This document shows positions 1 through 10,049 of a stretch of 64,000 bases of DNA, in pieces. This DNA is from a virus (Duplodnaviria; Heunggongvirae; Uroviricota; Caudoviricetes), in IMG/VR virus record IMGVR_UViG_3300025015_000009, positions 64,001 to 128,000 of that record; one strand, written 5' to 3'. Position 1 is the first letter of the stretch. The number at the start of each line of letters is the position of its first letter. The translations under genes were made by a program, and so were the position numbers. The notes below the pieces were generated by a model. It saw nothing but the letters and a program-made list of their open reading frames with translations, was not told where the DNA came from and searched no databases.

Positions 1-536
1 CAGCGGCTGACTATCGCAGCTTTGAGATCAGTTGTTTGGTATCTAGCAGAGTTTAGTCTAGAATACACCTCACGACGCAGAAGGAACGGGTCGATTCGAT
101 TTGTGGCTGGGTCTGTCATATCGTTCATTGATATTCGGTTTATAAGATCGAACGTAAAGTCCTCAACAATGGGTGACCAACAGAACGAGAAATGTCCGAT
201 TGGGAACATCGTAAAAACTTCACCGTATTCCTCTGCATTTTGCCTTGATCCAGTTGCGAACGTTACGTCGGATCGATACTTGTGTCCAAAACTTTGGTTA
301 AACCACGCATCTGCATGTCGATGAACTTCTTGTCTTGTGTCTCGCGGTGTCCTATTTGCTTGTTGCTGTAACTTTACAAATTCTGCCTGATCACCTAGTC
401 CACGAAACAACTTTAATCTGTCAGGGTGATACTCGATCTGTTCTAAAAACGGCGAGCAGTCAGTTAGTATTAGTTTTGCTATTTTCTTGTATGATAGCTC
501 ATCGAGCTCTTCACTTAGTATTTCTGTTGCTTTCAT
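1..536 (-). CDS. ADP-ribosyltransferase-like protein, paralog 1 (partial, runs off window start; absent from the ORF track)
   Basis: Manual translation from ATG 536: MKATEILSEE...KLFRGL...RTPRDT...YRSDVTFATG...AEEYGEVFTMFPIGHFSFCWSPIVED; same motifs as 583..1194. Confidence 0.75.
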   Translation of the reverse strand, partial: MKATEILSEELDELSYKKIAKLILTDCSPFLEQIEYHPDRLKLFRGLGDQAEFVKLQQQANRTPRDTRQEVHRHADAWFNQSFGHKYRSDVTFATGSRQNAEEYGEVFTMFPIGHFSFCWSPIVEDFTFDLINRISMNDMTDPATNRIDPFLLRREVYSRLNSARYQTTDLKAAIVSR

Positions 537-582
537 TTGTAATATCCATTGGGGAATCGAGACAACCGTAACACATCGGTTA

Positions 583-1194
583 TCACAAGTAGTCAGATAC
601 CCAGACTGGGTTAATAAGAGCTACCTGTTTACATGCTACCATTACTTCGTTGCGACGGAATTTTCCAGCGGCGTCGGACAACCCAGTGTTATGCATGTAT
701 TTGCCGTCTGACATGAACTCATTGACTGCTTCATCTGAGGGACTTGCGCCGGTGGATCTAACAAAATCTCGAAACGCAGATTGAAACGCAGAATACATAT
801 CTGCGTATTCACGTGACCAGCAATAGTCGAACTGCCCGAGAGGAAACACAATAACAGGTTCACCGTACGAACTAGCAGTTTGCTCAGCGAACACACAAAA
901 CAGCGAAGCCGATCTGAACCTAATACCGAAGTTAAGGTAGAACCAATCGTCGGCTGCCTGATGTAAATAAATCGAAGAGTCCTTAGGGCTGCGGCTCAGA
1001 TTTACGTCAACTACTTGTACAGGTGACCTCTCCCAATTCACGTGATGCACACCTCTGTACAACGGAACACTCAACGCCTCTTCTAACCCGCCTCTGGAGT
1101 TGATGTATTGAGAACAGTTAGTACGTAAGAAAGAAAATATTTTATCAACTTCGCTGTTCTGCAATCGATCCTGTATTACTTCATTTACTCTCAT
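583..1194 (-). CDS. ADP-ribosyltransferase-like protein, paralog 2
   Basis: Start at MRVNEV (ATGA overlap with the upstream stop); LYRG, RSPKDS, RSASLFC, ASSYG, FPLGQFDYCWS, C-terminal NEV. Confidence 0.65.
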   Translation of the reverse strand: MRVNEVIQDRLQNSEVDKIFSFLRTNCSQYINSRGGLEEALSVPLYRGVHHVNWERSPVQVVDVNLSRSPKDSSIYLHQAADDWFYLNFGIRFRSASLFCVFAEQTASSYGEPVIVFPLGQFDYCWSREYADMYSAFQSAFRDFVRSTGASPSDEAVNEFMSDGKYMHNTGLSDAAGKFRRNEVMVACKQVALINPVWVSDYL

Positions 1195-1958
1195 TGTTTT
1201 CCTAATAACGTAGTTATACTCCGGAACCAAGTTGCTGTTCCTTCTTGAATAGACTCTGGTAACGTCAGCCCTTCTTTGCCAAATGTTTCGCGGGCATCAG
1301 CAGTTAGTTCGGCATAGTTTGGTTGTCCTTTGATCTTAGCAAGAATAGACTCTACTGTATTTAGATCATTCCTATTTGCGTTAGGGCCAAGCAGATACCT
1401 GGCAATTTCATCAGGATCTTTAGTGACCACATTATTAGATGCTCTACTAACGAGCCCTTGATTGAAGCTCCATTTAAACCCATACGCTTTTGCTACACTG
1501 GCAAGCAATACGTGCTTATGAGATCCTCTGAACGTCGAGTTGGCAGCGCCGCCTTGCATTGCAAACTTTTGCCATTCGGGATCACCTAACATGAAATCAG
1601 TCTGGACGAACCCATTACTAGCATCACCTAAAATAGGAGTTCTAAAATGAACGTTCACCCCGGACTTCCGTACATAGCTGCGTGGATCTAAGTTATTCGT
1701 TTTGCACCAATTAATAAGAGCATTGTACACGGTATCTTTGTTTGTTGTCTTTTCATCGACTGCTAAATCCAGATCGCCGCTTGTTGGGTTCTTACCTGTT
1801 GTCCCCAGCATGTTATCTAGTAACGGTAACCCTGTGATTTTTTCTAACCAAGCGACGGTCGGAATAACATCTGCTTTGTTAATTCGTTGAGTAAGTTCAG
1901 ACCCGTCTGCTGACTTAAATACGTTCCCACCTTCTATTAAGTGTTGTGTGTTTTTCAT
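1191..1958 (-). CDS. Pol-beta superfamily nucleotidyltransferase-like protein
   Basis: GTTGK...SGDLDLAVD motif plus later VQTDFM acidic strand; LIE-GG after N-terminal leader. Confidence 0.6.
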   Translation of the reverse strand: MKNTQHLIEGGNVFKSADGSELTQRINKADVIPTVAWLEKITGLPLLDNMLGTTGKNPTSGDLDLAVDEKTTNKDTVYNALINWCKTNNLDPRSYVRKSGVNVHFRTPILGDASNGFVQTDFMLGDPEWQKFAMQGGAANSTFRGSHKHVLLASVAKAYGFKWSFNQGLVSRASNNVVTKDPDEIARYLLGPNANRNDLNTVESILAKIKGQPNYAELTADARETFGKEGLTLPESIQEGTATWFRSITTLLGKQ

Positions 1959-1969
1959 GTTAAGTGTCC

Positions 1970-2221
1970 TTATGCGGCATTGCTGCTATTATCTTGTCTT
2001 TTCCTATAGTACTCAGTTGTTGTTTTTATTTTTGCTCTGTATTCTGCAATTTTCTCCAGTGCTTTTTTACGATCGACTGTTCCGGCTTGTATCTGCCTGG
2101 TGATAGAATCGATTGCCGCTTTATATGACTGTAACGACAATGCTAACGATGATTCATTGACTTTCTTATCGCTAATTATACCTTTTGCACTATCCTCGGT
2201 TACTACCTCGTTTACTCTCAT
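1970..2221 (-). CDS. Hypothetical protein with MRVNEVVTE leader
   Basis: ORF track; AAGG RBS; shares DNA blocks with 2257..2709. Confidence 0.6.
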   Translation of the reverse strand: MRVNEVVTEDSAKGIISDKKVNESSLALSLQSYKAAIDSITRQIQAGTVDRKKALEKIAEYRAKIKTTTEYYRKRQDNSSNAA

Positions 2222-2256
2222 ATTACGTTCCTACCCTTCTAGTAAGTGTTGTGTCC

Positions 2257-2709
2257 TTATGCGGCAGCATTAGCACTAATCGCTGCCATTATTGTTTTAT
2301 ACCGTGGATCTGTTGGCATTATTTTGTCTTTTCCTATAGTAATCGGTTGTTGCTGAGTAACAGGCTTCGCCAGCACACTGTCGGTGTTAGGTTTGGTTCG
2401 AGGTTTATTCACCGCGTTCAGGGAATTAGCTGCCACCTTTGTCACTGCCGTCTTTTCCTGCGGTGTGCGTGAAGCAGCAACAGTTGGCGGTAACAACGGG
2501 TTCGGAGTTGCTCCGTGTTTAGCATCCCACTCTGCTTGACGTTTCTTCCCGATTTCTACTTCTGTTTGTTTCTGGGTTGCTGCTAAGTCGGCCGTTCTAA
2601 CTGCATTCGCTTGTTCTTGCTTCTTTTTATTAAGAGCTGCTTTTCCTGCATTATACGCAACTTTTGCACTATCCCAGAACCCCTCGTTTACTACTTCGTT
2701 TACTCTCAT
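2257..2709 (-). CDS. Hypothetical Ala/Lys/Gln-rich protein with MRVNEVVNE leader
   Basis: ORF track. Confidence 0.7.
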   Translation of the reverse strand: MRVNEVVNEGFWDSAKVAYNAGKAALNKKKQEQANAVRTADLAATQKQTEVEIGKKRQAEWDAKHGATPNPLLPPTVAASRTPQEKTAVTKVAANSLNAVNKPRTKPNTDSVLAKPVTQQQPITIGKDKIMPTDPRYKTIMAAISANAAA

Positions 2710-2750
2710 ATTTGGCCACTCTTATAGTCGGTTAATTTATCTATGTCAGA

Positions 2751-3173
2751 TTACTTTGTATTAATATCAAACTGTACGTTCTTTAAGTTTTGTGCATTAT
2801 CAAATATAAACTTACGCACTTCCTGAAACCTTGCGAGTAGCTTTGCTTCGTTTGCATTTTTAATGGTTTTAAGGCGAAGCTTAACCGAGCTGTATGCCAT
2901 ATGTGGAATCGTTGGTTTCACTAATAAACTTAGGCTGTGTTCTTTAACTGCGCCGTCCGTAATAATAACAATGTAACGAAATGGATCGTTATCTCGAATT
3001 CTATTAGAGCATTCGTTTGCATCTTTTGTTAAAAACAGGCGAACAATATGATTGTTACCATATTGTTTGTTAGTCGTTGCATCACTATTCGGGAATACTT
3101 TTAGCCAACATTGCATAACAACGGCAGGTGTAATGTCAGTGGTATCTTCTTTTATTATCTCTGTCACTCTCAT
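2751..3173 (-). CDS. Hypothetical protein with MRVTEIIKE leader
   Basis: ORF track, co-oriented in the cluster. Confidence 0.7.
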   Translation of the reverse strand: MRVTEIIKEDTTDITPAVVMQCWLKVFPNSDATTNKQYGNNHIVRLFLTKDANECSNRIRDNDPFRYIVIITDGAVKEHSLSLLVKPTIPHMAYSSVKLRLKTIKNANEAKLLARFQEVRKFIFDNAQNLKNVQFDINTK

Positions 3174-3205
3174 GTTAGTTTTTCCTTTTCTTGTTTACTA
3201 GATTA

Positions 3206-3955
3206 TTAATCACTAAATTCCTCGCCGTTATACAGCGGGTCGGATATTACTAACTGCCAACCAAATTGAGTGCGGCGGAACATCATATTGTTGCTATGCA
3301 AATCAAATACGTCAGTGAAACTTTGTTGTGTGTTAATTTTGTTATATACACCGATGATTATGTTTGCTGCTTGTTTAAAATAAGGGTCAATAATTGGCAT
3401 TTTGTTTAGTACACCAGCTCGGACTGCCGTAGCAAAATCCGATGGGAAATTTACCTTGGTGTCCGGATCAACCTTGTCACCATATATCTTATGTAACATA
3501 TCCATCCGTGCATCATCTGGTACTTCAGCTAAGTGCCATAGCCGTTCGATTCTAATTGCATAACCTTTAATATCAGGATGCTCATCAGACGGGTGTGGCA
3601 ACTCTTGGATAGATAATACTCTCGGCAAATACGGATTTCCTGCTGCATATTTTTTAGTAGCCAGCAGATATTGGAGATGAGCATTGTGTTTAATTTGCTG
3701 AGTTGTCCCAAAGATTTTAACTACAGCGTTTTCGTCTTTGTGTTTAACAACAGTTGCTTCTGCACCGGTGCCAAGCTTCTTAATTCCGGTGTTATCACCA
3801 AACGGTTCTCCGTTTGCGTCATATTCGTCGTCAACGTCAACTCGTAGCTCACCTGGCCTAACAAATTCGTTACGCCATGCCTGTTGATACAGATCTCGTC
3901 GATCTGTCGCAACTGGGGCAATTGGTTTTTCAGTTAAGAATTCACTGGCTTTCAC
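3206..3955 (-). CDS. Protein kinase-like enzyme (T7 gp0.7-like)
   Basis: LGTGAEATVV Gly-loop, VVKIF Lys, DLHSNNMMF catalytic loop, ISDP metal-binding motif. Confidence 0.75.
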   Translation of the reverse strand: MKASEFLTEKPIAPVATDRRDLYQQAWRNEFVRPGELRVDVDDEYDANGEPFGDNTGIKKLGTGAEATVVKHKDENAVVKIFGTTQQIKHNAHLQYLLATKKYAAGNPYLPRVLSIQELPHPSDEHPDIKGYAIRIERLWHLAEVPDDARMDMLHKIYGDKVDPDTKVNFPSDFATAVRAGVLNKMPIIDPYFKQAANIIIGVYNKINTQQSFTDVFDLHSNNMMFRRTQFGWQLVISDPLYNGEEFSD

Positions 3956-3960
3956 TGTTA

Positions 3961-5214
3961 CTACCTCTGCTTTCTTCGAGACACCTTGCCGGCCTCCGAT
4001 ACAACGATGTTATCATCAACCCACCTTGCTAATCTGTGGTTATCGCGGTCATGACATATGTAAGATACTACTTGGTCGAGTTGATCAATCGTTGGCATAA
4101 ACTCATTTGCGTTAACAAACTCATGTGTATTCTCTCTTAAGTCACTGGGCGAAATGCTAACTGAGGCTATCATCGATCGATAGTCTTCGTCGGCTTCTGT
4201 GTTATATTCTAAGTAACTTGCACCATCGGCGTAGAAATCTGGATCGCCTTCTTCATCAACATACCCGTTATCTTTGAGCCAGGTGTAATAGTAATCATCC
4301 CCTTGTTCGAGCTCAGACAAGCAGTCATTTATAAAATCCATCGCATACTCTTTAATTTTAGCCAAAATAGGCTCGAGAACGTTGTCGTCAGCAAACGCAA
4401 CGAGCTGACTGATCTGTGGTTCCACTTGTTTAAACAGCGGAATTAGGTTACCAAATCTGCTACTCAAGAGTACCTGGCAGTCAACTGACTGGTCACTCTC
4501 GTCCATAAATTGACCAACGCCGAAGTGCAGTTGGTATTTCTCACCATCGTGCCTAGGACTCTTAGGTAGCAGAATGTACATAGAACCGTCTGCATTGTAC
4601 CGATCGAACATGTTATTATTTTTAGCAGCGGTACACCACTTAGTACCTTGCCCGTAGTATATTGCTGCATCCATGTCCTCAGGCACAATAACACGAACTT
4701 GGTCGTTGTTTAGTACTTCATGAGCGTTGCCCTTAGACATAGTAGCTTGTTCAACCGCATCCATCTTATCTAATAATACATCAATGTATTGTTCTTTAAC
4801 ATCGTACAGCTGATCAAATGATAGTCTATTAATATCAGTCAGGTTAGGTGGCAATATTCTATGTAGTTTTAATAGCTGGTATGTCTTTAACCAGTCGGTA
4901 CACTTGCTTAGTATGTCCTCTAGGTGTCTCTTTTCATTTGCATATACGTTAGCTAACCACCGAGTGTACTGTTTGTTTGGGGTTGGATCAGCTCCTTCTA
5001 ATGCACTTAATACGTCGCTGATAATTTGTTGCTTACTTGAATCAGTTAAGGTAGTTTCGATCTTTTCTTTTTGTTTTAAGTATGCTCGGCTAGTGGCTAA
5101 CGCACCTGGAAGGTAGGTGCTCCGATCTAATGCCAACGCCGTCAACAGCTTATTACCAAATACCTGTGCAGTCTTTGCTTGGTTGTACTCTACGACAAAT
5201 TCTTTAGCTTTCAT
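3961..5214 (-). CDS. Large-phage protein with GTKWCTA domain, function unknown
   Basis: Probable start MKAKEFVVE at 5214; DPTPNKQYTRWL, GTKWCTAA...KYQLHF...FMDESD. Confidence 0.65.
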   Translation of the reverse strand: MKAKEFVVEYNQAKTAQVFGNKLLTALALDRSTYLPGALATSRAYLKQKEKIETTLTDSSKQQIISDVLSALEGADPTPNKQYTRWLANVYANEKRHLEDILSKCTDWLKTYQLLKLHRILPPNLTDINRLSFDQLYDVKEQYIDVLLDKMDAVEQATMSKGNAHEVLNNDQVRVIVPEDMDAAIYYGQGTKWCTAAKNNNMFDRYNADGSMYILLPKSPRHDGEKYQLHFGVGQFMDESDQSVDCQVLLSSRFGNLIPLFKQVEPQISQLVAFADDNVLEPILAKIKEYAMDFINDCLSELEQGDDYYYTWLKDNGYVDEEGDPDFYADGASYLEYNTEADEDYRSMIASVSISPSDLRENTHEFVNANEFMPTIDQLDQVVSYICHDRDNHRLARWVDDNIVVSEAGKVSRRKQR

Positions 5215-5461
5215 ATCTACCTTCTTTGATTCGATGTAACCCTCGGCTAAACTTAGCAGCATCTTGCCCTTTTATACTATTGATTAACCTGCGTTCTAAC
5301 TCTGATGCCTCCTCAGGAGAATAATTCTCCTTTAATAAGGTGATCAAATTAATAGCACTCTGTATCACGTGTGTCGCTCGCGCCTCTATTACATTTTCAC
5401 GGTCTTTGTGATGTATTTGTGCATCTAATTCGTCAAGAATTGATCGAGATTTTCTAATCAT
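5204..5461 (-). CDS. Conserved phage hypothetical protein downstream of helicase
   Basis: ORF track; TAAATA motif upstream. Confidence 0.7.
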   Translation of the reverse strand: MIRKSRSILDELDAQIHHKDRENVIEARATHVIQSAINLITLLKENYSPEEASELERRLINSIKGQDAAKFSRGLHRIKEGRYES

Positions 5462-5505
5462 GTGAGATCCAAGTTTATATATTTATTCCAATATAGAATA
5501 ACATG

Positions 5506-6921
5506 TTACTGATTCCGCTTGATACTATTTAACATATCTTTAAGACTGGTTTCTTGCGCTTGTCTTGGAATCCCTGGATCGATTGCAGTCACAGAACTAA
5601 CCTCGCCAGTTCCCTTATCAACAACTTCTGTTACTGTGGACCTGGGTTTTATTTGGTTACTGATAGCGTTAGGCGATATTCCGCCCAACGGTGATTCGTC
5701 TGTTACTCCGGTGATACGCAAACTCTCTACGTTAAACTCAAGATCAACGTGCTGGCCTACACCAGAGCTCGACCTGGTTTTTAACAACTGTAGCTGGTAT
5801 CGCCCACGCTCTCTCATTGCCCTAGAAGTAAAGATACCAAACACGTTGTCTGCTGTATTAATTTTGCTGATGCCGCCACTTATATGTGAATGATTAAACT
5901 CTACTTCGTCTACACTCGACCTATTTAACTGTGACGCTGTTAGCATTACGACGTTAAACTCTTTTGCCAGATTTCGTAATTCTTCTGCTACATATTTGTC
6001 CTTGACGTACAGATCCGACGGGCTAACTTTAACAGACACTGGCATCAAAAGATCCAGGTAATCAACACAAACAAAGTCAAGTTTCCGTTGCTGGGAAATT
6101 TCCAACTCACGTAAGTATGCTCGCACATCATTTGCTGTACTCTGCGCCGGCAAATATTTAACTTGTAATCCGCCTGCTTTTCTACCGAACGACTTAATCC
6201 GTAACTCGGTGTCGTCTAAGTTCTTAAATACATCTCTAGTACTAACTCCTGTTACCATGGCATCTAACCGCAGCGAACATAGTTCTTCACTTAGTTCCAG
6301 TGTAATATATACGCCATTGAACGACTGAGTGATTAAATTAACCGACCAGTTCTGTAAAAAAAGGCTCTTACCTGACCCAGACTGACCAGCAACAATATTC
6401 AAAGTTCCGCGGGACCATCCGCCGAATAGTTTCTTGTCGAGATCAGGCATGCCAGTTGACATGTCTCCGTTATTAAGTCTAATCTGCTGTAAACGAAGCT
6501 TAGGACTTTCAAAGTAATCTAACCCTAAATCTCGAGTTAAGCTAATCTGCACTGCATCTTTGATTAGTTTTTCCACTGGGTCATATTCGCCTTTCTCCAG
6601 CATGTCAGCAGCTAACAAGATTGCTCGCTCGAGTTCTTGCCGCTTCGTGAACTGTTCGAACTCGGTTAAGAACCAATCGGTATACTGTTCGTGTATATCG
6701 GCTATTATTTTTAGGTGCGTACCTTCTGATGCATTGCATTGGTCGACCGTCGGTAAACACTTGTACTTCTCTGCATACTCTTTAACAAACCTAGCAGCAT
6801 GTTTTAATGACTTATCGAAGTTGTCAGGATTAAAGATATTTTGAACTCGTGCATAACTAACTGCATCGGATAGCATAAACTCGATGAATATCCGCTGTAC
6901 ATCTGTTGTGTAATTTGTCAT
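5506..6921 (-). CDS. Replicative DNA helicase (DnaB / T4 gp41-like)
   Basis: Walker A GQSGSGKS, ITLELSE, VDYLDL, TASQLNR, KTRSS. Confidence 0.93.
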   Translation of the reverse strand: MTNYTTDVQRIFIEFMLSDAVSYARVQNIFNPDNFDKSLKHAARFVKEYAEKYKCLPTVDQCNASEGTHLKIIADIHEQYTDWFLTEFEQFTKRQELERAILLAADMLEKGEYDPVEKLIKDAVQISLTRDLGLDYFESPKLRLQQIRLNNGDMSTGMPDLDKKLFGGWSRGTLNIVAGQSGSGKSLFLQNWSVNLITQSFNGVYITLELSEELCSLRLDAMVTGVSTRDVFKNLDDTELRIKSFGRKAGGLQVKYLPAQSTANDVRAYLRELEISQQRKLDFVCVDYLDLLMPVSVKVSPSDLYVKDKYVAEELRNLAKEFNVVMLTASQLNRSSVDEVEFNHSHISGGISKINTADNVFGIFTSRAMRERGRYQLQLLKTRSSSGVGQHVDLEFNVESLRITGVTDESPLGGISPNAISNQIKPRSTVTEVVDKGTGEVSSVTAIDPGIPRQAQETSLKDMLNSIKRNQ

Positions 6922-7955
6922 TGTTTGTATAACCTTTTCTTCTTAATTTCTATTCTTAGTTTAGACACTTCTTTTCCTTCGATTATCGACTTCAACACAA
7001 ATAGTTTACCATACTTACACACTGCGTCGTTTACGTCTTTACAATCAGGGTCGTCGAACCAAATTGGGAAGCTCACAGCCCATTGGCAATCGATTGCATG
7101 TTGTATCAGTGTTGCTCCAGGCCCGTCGTCGTTGTCAGGAACCACAATTACTTCTTTTCCCAGGGCATCGATTATATCTACTTGCTGTTCAGACAACGTA
7201 TTATGCATTACTGCAACTCCGTCAATTGACATTGCGTCAAACACACCCTCACATACTATAACAAATTTCCGTTCTTTGGTCTGTGCAGTAACATTGAACA
7301 CAAAATGTGAATCAACTTGGTTGAAGTACTTCGGTGTAATAGTATCATCAACTGCCCGAGCAGTATATCCTACTAATTGGTTCTCCCAATAATAAGGAAC
7401 GATAACTCTGTGAAGCATATTGTTACGACGCGAAGGTGCCCAATAAAAGGTGTATACCCCGAGGTCTATGTTTCTGTTATGTACGTATTTAACACCAGCA
7501 ACAAAGTCGATCGGTAATACCTCATCAGTGTTTGCTTGCAATATTTCATTAAATGTCTTCGCACCAGGCGGTAATGCAACAGGAACAAAGCATACTTTTT
7601 CTTTTACAACTAACTCGGGTTGTGTTTCCCCAATGTACTCTTTAAGTCGCAATGCCTCTAGCACAAGTCGGTTTATATCTACGTCAGATGCACCCATCCA
7701 TTGTAGAAGTTTTCTAAACTTAAAGCTGAGGTGATACCCAGGCTGAAATGACGCTTTAAACGAACAATTAAAGCACGAGTACGTCGCAACACCAGTCTGG
7801 TTAATTATCAGCCCACCCCTACCTTTTGTGTCAGCTCGTTCACCTCTATGCTGACAACAGACGGCGTTTCCTGAGATCCAGCCGTCGGGTTTTTCTTTCG
7901 TTCGCCGATTCGATCTCCACAGTTGTTTGGTAAAGTCAGATATAATGTTGTGCAT
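6918..7955 (-). CDS. DNA primase (T4 gp61-like)
   Basis: N-terminal Cys/His Zn-binding domain; TOPRIM EGVFDAM and PDND; adjacent to helicase. Confidence 0.9.
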   Translation of the reverse strand: MHNIISDFTKQLWRSNRRTKEKPDGWISGNAVCCQHRGERADTKGRGGLIINQTGVATYSCFNCSFKASFQPGYHLSFKFRKLLQWMGASDVDINRLVLEALRLKEYIGETQPELVVKEKVCFVPVALPPGAKTFNEILQANTDEVLPIDFVAGVKYVHNRNIDLGVYTFYWAPSRRNNMLHRVIVPYYWENQLVGYTARAVDDTITPKYFNQVDSHFVFNVTAQTKERKFVIVCEGVFDAMSIDGVAVMHNTLSEQQVDIIDALGKEVIVVPDNDDGPGATLIQHAIDCQWAVSFPIWFDDPDCKDVNDAVCKYGKLFVLKSIIEGKEVSKLRIEIKKKRLYKQ

Positions 7956-8061
7956 ATAGCATTATATAGTGTTTACAATGTTATTGCAACTTTTTCAACT
8001 CAACCAGATGGTTTGTATAAATAAATTGATAACAAGGTATGCCAACCATCTTTATGACCCG

Positions 8062-8439
8062 ATGATCGATCCAAAACAACAAAAAATTCGAGCCGAGTAT
8101 CCGTTCCTTAGTTATATAATATATGGCGGTAATGAGTACATCGGTATTATACAGAATATCGACGATACTATTGCTACGATATACGACTATGGGATGCTAT
8201 GTAACGCTGAACAAAAGGATCGATTCTTAGAGTTAGGTGAACAATGGTGGTTCGAGAGCAATAGACTGGTTCCTATAAACATCTTTCTTCGATCAGACTG
8301 GACCGTGTTTAAATGTATCTTAAAGACGTTCAATGCAAAAGATGTACAAGTAATGTTCGGGCCACATTTAAACCTAAAAGAACTTGCCCAAAAAAGATCT
8401 AAGAAAAAGAGTATCACATTAGTTAGGCGAGTGCCATAA
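8062..8439 (+). CDS. Conserved large-phage hypothetical protein
   Basis: YPFLS...EYIGIIQN...WWFESNRLVPINIFL...KKSITLVRR; start uncertain (ATG 8062 preferred). Confidence 0.7.
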   Translation: MIDPKQQKIRAEYPFLSYIIYGGNEYIGIIQNIDDTIATIYDYGMLCNAEQKDRFLELGEQWWFESNRLVPINIFLRSDWTVFKCILKTFNAKDVQVMFGPHLNLKELAQKRSKKKSITLVRRVP

Positions 8440-10041
8440 CCACACGTCGGTGCCACAGTCCCAAATTCGATCATATCCATTAAGTTTCATATTATCCCAC
8501 TCACTGAGAGCGTCATCAAAATTTGATAAGATATTCTTTAATTTATGTTTTTGATATTTTATTCGGTTCTCAAATAATTTATAATCTCGTGTGTATTGGT
8601 AAGCAGGTGTAGATTCGTGCGATTTCGCAAAGCCTAACGTTTTATATACCGTTCCTTTATTAAATGCTTTATCTGAATAAGATATAACAGAACGCGGCGA
8701 GTATGTCTTAATAAAGTGCAAAAATAACCGCGAAGCTGCACCAACAACAGTATGATCTAGCATATTCGCAAATCTAAGTAACTCGAACTCTGCATTAGTA
8801 GTAAATCTACTTTTACTAAAAGTCATTAGACTAACTATCTCATTGTTATAAGACAACCCGATTCTAATAGATGCTGAACAATTACCTTGAATATGGTTAT
8901 CAGTCAAAAAGGTCGTAGACTGTTCTGGATCGACCACTATTATTTTGCATTTCCTCGCTGGAATAGTCACGTTCTTCTTTAGAAACGACTTTAGCCGAGA
9001 TCTAATTATATGTTGCTTATCAGCCCAATCATGCTCCCATATATGGACTAAATGGATTCCTAACTTGTTTGCGTTCTTTGTTTTGGTTAGGTGATACTCG
9101 CGAGAACGACCGTTTAACTCTGAGTGCCAATATGATCCATTGCATTCAATTGCTAGATTAAGATCTGGAATAAAAATGTCAACTTCTTTATTATCGAGCA
9201 TTCGCTGATTTACTTTTATCTCACCCGAATAATTACGCGCAATGAAATCGACCACTGCCAATTCAAATGCTGACTTTGATGGAGACGATATGTTATGTAT
9301 AGATGCGTACTTTCTAACAGTGTCGATCGATACTTGCAACAAAGAAGCAACACCGACGTACCCCAATCGACAGACCGAATCCTTCATCCATTCGGCATCA
9401 AGTAAGAATACCATTTGTTCTTTAATCTGCTGTTGGTTACTGTGTTCGACTCCGTATCTAGACAGGTTCGTTTGTTTTGTTTTGAGTTGTACCGCAGGAG
9501 TAAGGTTCGTAGCCGAGATCTTCTCCTTAATTATATCTGATTTTGCAGCATTTATGTTTCCGAAAACAGAGAAGCATGTTTGTTCAATTTGCGCTCGTAT
9601 AGGTTCGTACAAGATAGGATGTTTGACTCCGTATCGCGCCAGTAAGGTGTCTTCACGTGTTAACCGCACAGTCGGATCTGCCCAGGGATGGCCGCCCTCA
9701 TACTTCTCCCATTTTCTTTTTATTTTTTGTTGAATTTCGTGCGATCTACAAGCATGTTCATTACCGTACTTCTTTAAGTTGGTTTCGGCAGCCTTCTGTC
9801 GAACTTCTTTGTTCTGTAACACATGATGAACACCGTAACGAGATAAGCAAGTTTCTACGCGTTTCAGCAACACCGATGTGGCCTTTGCCGGGTTGTCTAC
9901 TCCGTATTTTTGTAAGTTAGTAGCTTTCCTGATTAAGCAACTAAATCTTGATGCACATTTCCTGGAACAAAATCTACCGATTTTTCCGTTGTTGTTTATT
10001 CTTGCCTTTGCGCCGCAATGTTCGCATATATCAACTGTCAT
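8419..10041 (-). CDS. Homing endonuclease-like protein (NLxKYG repeats, PD-(D/E)XK/Vsr-like nuclease, Hef-like C-terminal domain)
   Basis: Repeated T.L.KYG units; DIFIP...IECNGSYWHS...HIWEHDW; NHIQG...ELLRFA...GAASRL. Confidence 0.75.
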   Translation of the reverse strand: MTVDICEHCGAKARINNNGKIGRFCSRKCASRFSCLIRKATNLQKYGVDNPAKATSVLLKRVETCLSRYGVHHVLQNKEVRQKAAETNLKKYGNEHACRSHEIQQKIKRKWEKYEGGHPWADPTVRLTREDTLLARYGVKHPILYEPIRAQIEQTCFSVFGNINAAKSDIIKEKISATNLTPAVQLKTKQTNLSRYGVEHSNQQQIKEQMVFLLDAEWMKDSVCRLGYVGVASLLQVSIDTVRKYASIHNISSPSKSAFELAVVDFIARNYSGEIKVNQRMLDNKEVDIFIPDLNLAIECNGSYWHSELNGRSREYHLTKTKNANKLGIHLVHIWEHDWADKQHIIRSRLKSFLKKNVTIPARKCKIIVVDPEQSTTFLTDNHIQGNCSASIRIGLSYNNEIVSLMTFSKSRFTTNAEFELLRFANMLDHTVVGAASRLFLHFIKTYSPRSVISYSDKAFNKGTVYKTLGFAKSHESTPAYQYTRDYKLFENRIKYQKHKLKNILSNFDDALSEWDNMKLNGYDRIWDCGTDVWLWHSPN

Positions 10042-10049
10042 ACATGTAT

